From a virus: a stretch of 64,000 nt of DNA. Where the stretch lies: positions 1-64,000 of IMG/VR virus record IMGVR_UViG_3300025930_000141; one strand, written 5' to 3'. The notes under the pieces are model-generated. The model did no database searches and was not told the origin of the DNA. It saw nothing but the letters and a program-made list of their open reading frames with translations. Numbering within the stretch: the first letter of the stretch is position 1; each line of letters begins with the position of its first letter. The position numbers and the translations under genes were made by a program. Shown one piece after another: positions 46,624-52,668 of this stretch.

Positions 46624-46740
46624 TTAGCAGGAATGGCAAGGCCAGTTTGTGTCTACCCTGGCCTCAGATGGAGCGGCGACAGCGCCGACCAGTCCAAGTG
46701 CCATTACAGCGGCGGCAAGCGCGCCAGCAATTCTCTTCAT
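46624..46740 (-). CDS. 38-aa secreted pre-peptide (signal + RVDTNWPCHSC)
   Basis: SD GGGAGG; signal peptide ending PSEA. Confidence 0.75.
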   Translation of the reverse strand: MKRIAGALAAAVMALGLVGAVAAPSEARVDTNWPCHSC

Positions 46741-46761
46741 TGCAACCTCCCGTGATAAGGT

Positions 46762-46867
46762 TGGGCATAATTGTAATCGGAATTTAAGTCTACTTTGCGC
46801 TTGGAGGCGCACGTGCTATTTACACCAATAGGGAAGTCCCCATAGATAACCGATATACTTCGGCCCA
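46762..46867 (-). ncRNA. Y RNA-like gene 7 (D-arm + anticodon-arm payload)
   Basis: UGGGCCGAAGUAUAUCGGUUAUC ... CGAUUACAAUUAUGCCCA. Confidence 0.78.
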
Positions 46868-46868
46868 G

Positions 46869-46939
46869 AGCGGGTACGGAGAATCGAACTCCGGTAATCT
46901 GATTGGAAGTCAGGAGCACTACCATTGTGCTATACCCGC
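46869..46939 (-). tRNA. tRNA-Gly(TCC)
   Basis: Loop CTTCCAA; U73. Confidence 0.92.
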
Positions 46940-46940
46940 G

Positions 46941-47012
46941 TAGCGCCACTGGGACTTGGACCCAGTTTTCTCGGGCTTCAACCGAGCGCATATCCATACA
47001 TGCTCTGACGCC
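46941..47012 (-). tRNA. tRNA-Phe(GAA)
   Basis: CTCGG-TTGAAGC-CCGAG; T loop TCCAAGT. Confidence 0.82.
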
Positions 47013-47061
47013 TTGGCTGTACCCGGCCCCACATTTGCTCGATGAGGCCGGGTACAATGCA

Positions 47062-47090
47062 ATTGTAACAGGTCAGACTGAGCGTGTCAA
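47062..47090 (-). promoter_or_regulatory. SigA-type promoter TTGACA-N17-TACAAT
   Basis: Upstream of the Phe-Gly-Y7-peptide-Y6-Arg unit. Confidence 0.8.
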
Positions 47091-47304
47091 GTCTACGACC
47101 CACTCTTCTAACTTGCTGTCAATGTAATAAAGAACTTGGTCCTTTATCTCAAATTTACCGTCACGATGGTCGTACAGGTCGCCCTGTCTGACACCCCAAT
47201 AAACCGGGACCCTCACAAAAGTGCTCCAATTACTAGTGCACACAAGAGCAATAGCACAAACAGGAATAATCCGAAGTCTGCTAGAAACTCAATTATGTTG
47301 TCTA

Positions 47305-48300
47305 TCATGCCTTGATAAGCAGTCTCGTGTTTGGCATCAGGTTACGGTTAATCGAGGTTGACTGAACGAAAATGTCGTAGTCCGGGTTGTAATCGGGCTT
47401 TACCCGTACCGTGTGGCTTGGTAGGCCAATAAGGTCACGAGCATTCTGACCACCATAAGCCTTACCGGTAGACTTCTCTACTACGATAATAGACTTCTGT
47501 GGCTGAATGTTTTCAGTCTTTGTCAACTGGTAGTAACCCATACCCTTGGAGTAGGCGTAACCCAGGCGACGAACAAAGTCGTCAATGCGGGTCTTGGAGT
47601 CTACGTTGTAGAACTCATAACCATCCAAAGGCTGTAGGTTCTTAACCGTTGCCTTGTTTACCGCATCTGCGCCTGTCGAGAAGACGGCGCGCGAGCCACG
47701 TACACCGCTGGCACGGTTTGTCATGAAGTTGTCTGTGGCCGTACGGATGGTGCTGACGGCCTCAACAATTCCAGTGGCACTAGTGGTGTCCCAAATTGCT
47801 ACGGAGCCTGCATCGGCCCCCAGACGGCTCACATAGGCCTGTCCTGACCTGTCAGGCACCAGCCAACCGATGGTCCAGTTGTCTGCTGCGCGGTTTAGCA
47901 TGTTTGCCAGGTCGTGAGCGCTGTGACGCGAGCGGTTTTCCTGTCCGTCGGTTAGGACGAATGTCAGGAATGCGTGGTCACCATAAAGTTGGCTGGTCGT
48001 AGCCAAGTCCTGCTGGCTCTTGATGGTTGCGTCAATAAGGGCGGTAAGTCCTCGGACGTTGTAAAGGTCACTAATCGACGGTAGACGCATTACGTCCATA
48101 TCGAAGATTAGGCACTCTACGTTATCGTGGAACAGATATACGCTGACTCGCGTCTCTTGTTGCAATTCTTCGCTTCTCAGAGCGAGGTAACGAATCTGTT
48201 CGTCGGCTACCTGGATTAACTTGCTTCTGTGGCTCGTCATGCTGGAACTACCGTCCAGCACGAGCGCCACGTGATTAATTAGTCGTTGTGCTTTGTGCAT
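47305..48300 (-). CDS. von Willebrand factor A domain protein
   Basis: MIDAS DGSSSM, TALIDA, LTDGQEN; extra C-terminal domain. Confidence 0.88.
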   Translation of the reverse strand: MHKAQRLINHVALVLDGSSSMTSHRSKLIQVADEQIRYLALRSEELQQETRVSVYLFHDNVECLIFDMDVMRLPSISDLYNVRGLTALIDATIKSQQDLATTSQLYGDHAFLTFVLTDGQENRSRHSAHDLANMLNRAADNWTIGWLVPDRSGQAYVSRLGADAGSVAIWDTTSATGIVEAVSTIRTATDNFMTNRASGVRGSRAVFSTGADAVNKATVKNLQPLDGYEFYNVDSKTRIDDFVRRLGYAYSKGMGYYQLTKTENIQPQKSIIVVEKSTGKAYGGQNARDLIGLPSHTVRVKPDYNPDYDIFVQSTSINRNLMPNTRLLIKA

Positions 48301-48392
48301 TAATTTCTCCTATGGCCCCTTCGACAAGAGGAACATTACTAGAACGAGCGCCACTGTCAGCAGATATGCGACAACAGCAATTTCCGTGCCGC

Positions 48393-48614
48393 TCAAAACT
48401 TGAGCGCAACACCAACAATTACTGCTAGTACACACAGAATGGGGAAGAACGGAATGAAACTGGCTAGAAACAGAAACAGTAACGAACCGCCACCCGCAAC
48501 CATAAGGCCGGTGCCGACCCCTGACTTTGATGACTTCTCGACTTCATAAGAGTCTCGCTTGGTAATTGACATTGCTTTCCTAACTATCGAAGTTGCATTG
48601 TTTTGTACACTCAT
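48393..48614 (-). CDS. small membrane protein
   Basis: Two C-terminal TMs; leaderless after TATAAT. Confidence 0.6.
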   Translation of the reverse strand: MSVQNNATSIVRKAMSITKRDSYEVEKSSKSGVGTGLMVAGGGSLLFLFLASFIPFFPILCVLAVIVGVALKF

Positions 48615-48661
48615 TATACCAGAAGAGGGGCACTTTTTTCAAGTGCCCCTCTCTGGATTTG

Positions 48662-50260
48662 TCAGACTCGACCAGCGAAGAAGTTAGCCATTACGCTAGG
48701 CGTAGATGAGTCGAAACCTACTACGTCGAGCATACCGGCGTCCTTCGGGTCTGCCACGGTGAAGCCTGTTGAGACCATACCTACAGAAACTAGGCGGGCG
48801 TTGCGGCCACGAGAGTCGCGGTACTGCTTAAGTGCGACATTTGGCTTAACGCTACCGGCCCACGTCTCGTTGTCGGTGTAAACCGCGAAAGCATCAACAT
48901 CAATACCCTTGCTCTTGGCGTAAACCATTGGCTGGGCAATGTCGGTGCCACCGAACGACAAACCGCTGACCTTACGGAGCACGGTTTCGAACGAATCGGC
49001 GTCACCGATGTTCAGGGTTACCAACGAAGTCGTGAAGGCGTTAACCACAACGTAAGGCTCGGTGCGCACGGTGACCATAGCCATGAGCGCAGCGGCCTCT
49101 CGACAGTTAAGACCAACGAGGCCAGCAGGGGCGTACATGGTCATAGAACCTGAAACGTCAAGGCTTACCATGGTTGGAACACCGGCAGGCTCGACGGTCT
49201 TGAAGGACTCATAGAATCCAGACTCAAGAGCGCCCAAAACCTTAGCGTTCATACCACGGTGCTGCTTACCGAGGATACCGCGAGCGTTGGCGTACTGGAC
49301 TGGGTGTACCCGGCCCTTTACGATACGCTCGCCGTCAGCAAGAGCAATAGCCACGTCGCCTGCGAACTTAACGTCCTTGAAAGCACCAATCTCTTCGAAC
49401 CGCTTGAGGTTACGAATGAGAGCGGTCTGACCTAGAGCGCCGTTGTAGAAAAGCGTCTTCCATACGTCAGGGTCCTTAAGGAACTGGGTAGGAATGGTTT
49501 CCCAAGGAAGAGCCTTGTACGTGTTAAGAACGCGCACAACTTCCTTGGCGCTTGTGGTGCGCTGCATGGCCTTGAAACCGTCGATAATTTCCGGCGTGTT
49601 TTCAATCTCGGCACGGTCGGCCTTGATAGGCCCGCCAAGAACAAAGTCACCAATGCTAACGTTTACGCCCTTAGGGTGAGCAAGACGGAATACGTCGCGG
49701 TGCGTCCAACCGTCGCGCTGGCGGTACTTGACTACCTGATAAGCCAACTGGTTGTCGTCCTTAGACGTGTACCAGTCTGCAAGGCTACCGCGCTTTGCGC
49801 GACCAAGGCCACCCAAGTCCTTAAGGTACTGTGCGTACTCGAAAAGGTGGGTACCGGTGCGGGCAACCTTAGGGACAAGCGCCCGAACGGCAGCCTTGTT
49901 CTCAGCGTTGTGCATGAGCAAGGCTAGCACGAAAAGGCTAGGGCTGTTCTTAGGTGCGCGGTTTTCGTCAGCGACAGCGCGGAGCGTGTCGATAACCAAC
50001 TGCTCGTCAGACTTGATAAGTGCGAGGACGAACTTAGCGTTGTCCTTGGTCAACTTACGCTCTGAGACGTAGTAGGTACCGCCGTCCGTACCAAGAATCA
50101 GGAATCGCTCAAGGCGAACCTGCGGCGTAACACCGAATACAAAACCTCCGGCGTTGTTACGTACCTCGTCGGTACGTCCAGGGGTACGCTTGTTCTGAGG
50201 CGTACCGTTGTAACGAGTGTTTGCGATTTCACCCGTTAAGTTCTTTAATGCGTTCTTCAT
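48662..50260 (-). CDS. rsr: Ro60 / TROVE-domain RNA-binding protein (Rsr)
   Basis: NNAGGFVF..RLERFLILGTDGGTYY, KYRQRDGWTHRD..RLAHP, LPWE, ALIRNL, RVHP; vWA DVSGSM, GGTD, YTDNETW, DAGMLDVVGFD. Confidence 0.96.
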   Translation of the reverse strand: MKNALKNLTGEIANTRYNGTPQNKRTPGRTDEVRNNAGGFVFGVTPQVRLERFLILGTDGGTYYVSERKLTKDNAKFVLALIKSDEQLVIDTLRAVADENRAPKNSPSLFVLALLMHNAENKAAVRALVPKVARTGTHLFEYAQYLKDLGGLGRAKRGSLADWYTSKDDNQLAYQVVKYRQRDGWTHRDVFRLAHPKGVNVSIGDFVLGGPIKADRAEIENTPEIIDGFKAMQRTTSAKEVVRVLNTYKALPWETIPTQFLKDPDVWKTLFYNGALGQTALIRNLKRFEEIGAFKDVKFAGDVAIALADGERIVKGRVHPVQYANARGILGKQHRGMNAKVLGALESGFYESFKTVEPAGVPTMVSLDVSGSMTMYAPAGLVGLNCREAAALMAMVTVRTEPYVVVNAFTTSLVTLNIGDADSFETVLRKVSGLSFGGTDIAQPMVYAKSKGIDVDAFAVYTDNETWAGSVKPNVALKQYRDSRGRNARLVSVGMVSTGFTVADPKDAGMLDVVGFDSSTPSVMANFFAGRV

Positions 50261-50307
50261 TTTGTTTCCTTTCGTCCCGGTCGTTTCGGGAATGTTATAT
50301 TAACGAC

Positions 50308-50397
50308 TGGCGGCTACTGTAGGATTCGAACCCACGGAAGGTTTTACCCTTCGCTTGTTTTCAAGACAAGTGCAATCGCCCACTCTGCCAAGTAGCC
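50308..50397 (-). tRNA. tRNA-Ser(TGA)
   Basis: Long variable arm; G73; encoded CCA. Confidence 0.93.
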
Positions 50398-50401
50398 GAG
50401 T

Positions 50402-50544
50402 ATGCTGGATATAAGTGCGAAATCGGGGTTTAACGGCGGCTTTACCATTTGCCTATACCCCACATGAATTGGGTGGGGCAACAGGATTCGAACCTGCATT
50501 CACCGGCTCCAAAGGCGATAACCGATATTCAATCGACCCAGCAT
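50402..50544 (-). ncRNA. Y RNA gene 1 (YrlA class; contains a complete permuted tRNA-Gln(UUG))
   Basis: Ro stem AUGCUGGGUCGA../..AUAUCCAGCAU; T arm, loop-closed acceptor stem, D arm; 142 nt upstream of the ro60 start. Confidence 0.9.
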
Positions 50545-50552
50545 TAAGTTGT

Positions 50553-50670
50553 GTACCGAATATGTTATTGCAACGGAGTTTTTACTATATAGCATACAGC
50601 ACACCGACAGGGCCGGTGTATTGGATTTGAACCAATGATTTCCGATAACCGTTAACATTCGACTCGGTAT
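50553..50670 (-). ncRNA. Y RNA gene 2 (YrlA-like)
   Basis: AUACCGAGUCGA..CGGUUAUC; AUUGG-UUCAAAU-CCAAU; ACACCGGC-CCU-GUCGGUGU; ..CAUAUUCGGUAC. Confidence 0.87.
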
Positions 50671-50672
50671 AG

Positions 50673-50746
50673 TAGCGGAGACGGGATTTGAACCCGCGTT
50701 GTCAGGATTATGAGCCCTGTGTTTAACCGAACTAAACTACTCCGCG
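50673..50746 (-). tRNA. tRNA-fMet(CAT)
   Basis: C1xU72 mismatch; GGG in the anticodon stem. Confidence 0.9.
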
Positions 50747-50748
50747 AG

Positions 50749-50821
50749 TGGGCCGTATAGGATTCGAACCTATGACTTCTTCGGTGTAAACGAAGCACTC
50801 TAACCACTGAGTTAACAGCCC
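50749..50821 (-). tRNA. tRNA-Val(TAC)
   Basis: CTTCG-TTTACAC-CGAAG. Confidence 0.92.
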
Positions 50822-50824
50822 ATG

Positions 50825-50937
50825 GTACCGGACATAAGGTTGAAATCGAGCGTTTTGACTGGGGACCGCCCCATGCACGAGTCGAACGTGCCCGACCTTA
50901 TATTCAGTAAGATAACCGATTTCATTCGGCCCGGTAT
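50825..50937 (-). ncRNA. Y RNA-like gene 3 (T arm + short acceptor-like hairpin)
   Basis: AUACCGGGCCGAAUGAAAUCGGUUAUC; GCACG-UUCGACU-CGUGC; ..CGAUUUCAACCUUAUGUCCGGUAC. Confidence 0.85.
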
Positions 50938-50945
50938 TTAGTTTT

Positions 50946-51021
50946 GAGAGGATATGTGGTCGGCATCGTGTTTATGGTTAATTGCAATATAATTAGATAA
51001 ACGATACCGTTCGACCCTCTT
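50946..51021 (-). ncRNA. Y RNA-like gene 4 (minimal)
   Basis: AAGAGGGUCGAACGGUAUCGUUUAUC ... CGAUGCCGACCACAUAUCCUCUC. Confidence 0.8.
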
Positions 51022-51023
51022 TG

Positions 51024-51098
51024 CGACCTTGAAGGGATTTGAACCCTCGGCTTCTAGCGTGACGGGCTAGCACTCTAACCAGACTGAGTTACAAGGCC
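51024..51098 (-). tRNA. tRNA-Asp(GTC), C33
   Basis: CTAGC-CCGTCAC-GCTAG; G73. Confidence 0.9.
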
Positions 51099-51109
51099 AT
51101 GTTAATTTA

Positions 51110-51175
51110 GAGCGAATATGTGGTTGACCAACGGGGGTTCATTGTTGTAAGATAACCGTCAATCTTCGACTCGCT
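51110..51175 (-). ncRNA. Y RNA-like gene 5 (minimal)
   Basis: AGCGAGUCGAAGAUUGACGGUUAUC ... CGUUGGUCAACCACAUAUUCGCUC. Confidence 0.8.
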
Positions 51176-51255
51176 TGGTAGGGCAGACAGGAGTTGAACC
51201 TGCGTGTCACCAGTTACCCTTTCTACTCGTTATCAGCGAGAGGGGATACTGCCCT
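51176..51255 (-). tRNA. rearranged tRNA-Ile(GAT)-like gene (D loop 3' of the anticodon arm)
   Basis: AGGGCAG-TA-T-CCC-CT-CTCG-CTGATAA-CGAG-TAGAAA-GGG-TAACTGG-TGACAC-T arm-CTGCCCT-ACCA. Confidence 0.75.
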
Positions 51256-51397
51256 ATAAAGTCACTTTGGAGTGACTTCGGTGTGAGTGTCGCAACACTC
51301 CATATTCATACCGCCGCCAGCAGATTCGCCGTCGCCGCTATGCGGCATTGGCTGTGGTGCTGGTCCTGGTATGCCATTACTATTGATTGCCATAACG

Positions 51398-51471
51398 TCG
51401 GCGTGACAGGAATTGAACCTGCGACCCCTTGGACCCAAACCAAGTGCGCTCCCAAACTGCGCCACACGCCG
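51398..51471 (-). tRNA. tRNA-Pro(TGG)
   Basis: C1-G72; loop TTTGGGT. Confidence 0.93.
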
Positions 51472-51813
51472 CTATGTAATTTCTATGACAGGAATCCCCA
51501 TCGCCCTATAGTGTAGCACGACCTCAGGGTCGTTGTCAAGCGCCTCGACCACGCTGTAGACCTGTCGAATTTTCTCAACTAGTTCAACCTTGTAAAGTGG
51601 ATTCTTTTTCCGGTCTGGTGAGAACGCCATACCTCGGAGTGGAATCACATCTTTAAGAGTGTTATAGATGAAATCTTCATTTGTCTCCTGCATACGGTAA
51701 GTTACTACATATACCGGCAGCCCGCGTTCATTCAAGTAATCCACAGTGGGTTGAATAAGACCGTAGTATTTCTTGAATAATACACCGTCGAAATCGCTGA
51801 CTATTATGTCCAT
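51472..51813 (-). CDS. HAD-family phosphatase (PNKP 3'-phosphatase-like)
   Basis: DFDGV motif I, VTYR motif II, K, DND motif IV. Confidence 0.75.
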   Translation of the reverse strand: MDIIVSDFDGVLFKKYYGLIQPTVDYLNERGLPVYVVTYRMQETNEDFIYNTLKDVIPLRGMAFSPDRKKNPLYKVELVEKIRQVYSVVEALDNDPEVVLHYRAMGIPVIEIT

Positions 51814-51887
51814 GGCACGGGTGGAGGGATTCGAACCCATCGCACTAGAGTTTTGGAGGCTCTGTGACTCAACCAACGCTCACCCGC
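51813..51887 (-). tRNA. tRNA-Trp(CCA)
   Basis: Loop CTCCAAA; G73; encoded CCA; weak D arm. Confidence 0.78.
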
Positions 51888-51888
51888 A

Positions 51889-51964
51889 TGGAGCCCCCGG
51901 CCTGAAACGACCAGACCACCTAAGACTAAATCAGAGTCCTTGTGCTAACTTACACCACGGGGCC
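51889..51964 (-). ncRNA. degenerate tRNA-like RNA ending in CCA
   Basis: Cloverleaf-shaped, but no D-loop GG, T loop GTCGTTT, and a 6-bp anticodon stem with loop CTGATTT. Confidence 0.55.
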
Positions 51965-51972
51965 AGACAACC

Positions 51973-52001
51973 ATTGTATCAGGCTGTCGCCGGTTCGTCA
52001 A
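51973..52001 (-). promoter_or_regulatory. SigA-type promoter TTGACG-N17-TACAAT heading the tRNA/Y RNA/ro60 unit
   Basis: Consensus boxes and spacing. Confidence 0.75.
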
Positions 52002-52302
52002 CCTGCTCGTTATCGGTCTTTTCCTGACTCGACAACTCATGCTCTTCGTTTGCAGCATTTGCGACCTCAAGTTGGTTCTTAAGGTCGTCAATCTCTTTTT
52101 GTGCTTCGTCTAGTTTGGCCTGGGAATCGGCCAAGGCCTTTTCCTCTTCGGTCGGCTCGGGCTCGACTGGCGGGTGGGCATCATTATATGCCTCTACCCA
52201 AGAAGCGAATACTTCCTTGCCGCTCGATAGGGCGACCTCGTTATCTACAACTAGTTCAGCCTCTTCGGCCTCTGGGTTGTAGCGTAGTTTTAGTTCTGCC
52301 AT
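51979..52302 (-). CDS. acidic coiled-coil protein
   Basis: SD AAGGAAG. Confidence 0.7.
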   Translation of the reverse strand: MAELKLRYNPEAEEAELVVDNEVALSSGKEVFASWVEAYNDAHPPVEPEPTEEEKALADSQAKLDEAQKEIDDLKNQLEVANAANEEHELSSQEKTDNEQVDEPATA

Positions 52303-52482
52303 TACTTCCTTACGTAAGTGTAAATCTCACCAGGAGAGTTTTTGAATTCGGCTTCAACATACTTTACGCCGTCTCGCTGGTATTCTCTAACAATATGTGC
52401 ACCCTTGGGATTATCCCAAACCTCATAGTCATCTGGGTTTGGGTCATCATCTGGTAGGATGCTGTCTAACGAAAACTTCACG

Positions 52483-52555
52483 CTCCCCCATCAGGATTCG
52501 AACCTGAACTAAGTGGACCAGAACCACTCGTGCTGCCGGATTACACTAAGGGGGA
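52483..52555 (-). tRNA. tRNA-Gln(CTG)
   Basis: AGTGG-TTCTGGT-CCACT; U1-A72. Confidence 0.88.
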
Positions 52556-52556
52556 A

Positions 52557-52633
52557 TAACGCGCCAGATAACCCGTTCCTGCATACCACCCGTCGATGGT
52601 GCGGAGTCGAACCGCTCGTGCTGCGCGCCGTTA
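52557..52633 (-). ncRNA. permuted tRNA-like small RNA lacking the Ro-site motif
   Basis: Terminal stem UAAC-GGCGC../..GCGC-GUUA; GCGG-UUCGACU-CCGC, then ACCAUC-GACG-GGUGGU; starts at the TSS of the upstream promoter. Confidence 0.6.
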
Positions 52634-52638
52634 CAATC

Positions 52639-52668
52639 AGTGTAGCACGGCTATACCGCGCGTGTCAA
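52639..52668 (-). promoter_or_regulatory. SigA-type promoter TTGACA-N18-TACACT
   Basis: Consensus boxes, extended -10. Confidence 0.75.

Noticed and set aside
50402-51175. Recurrent GATAACCG/GATAAACG motif read as a CRISPR array
   Set aside because: Repeats are short, degenerate, paired with a distal complementary strand and irregularly spaced among tRNAs; no cas genes. A Y RNA scaffold explains them better.
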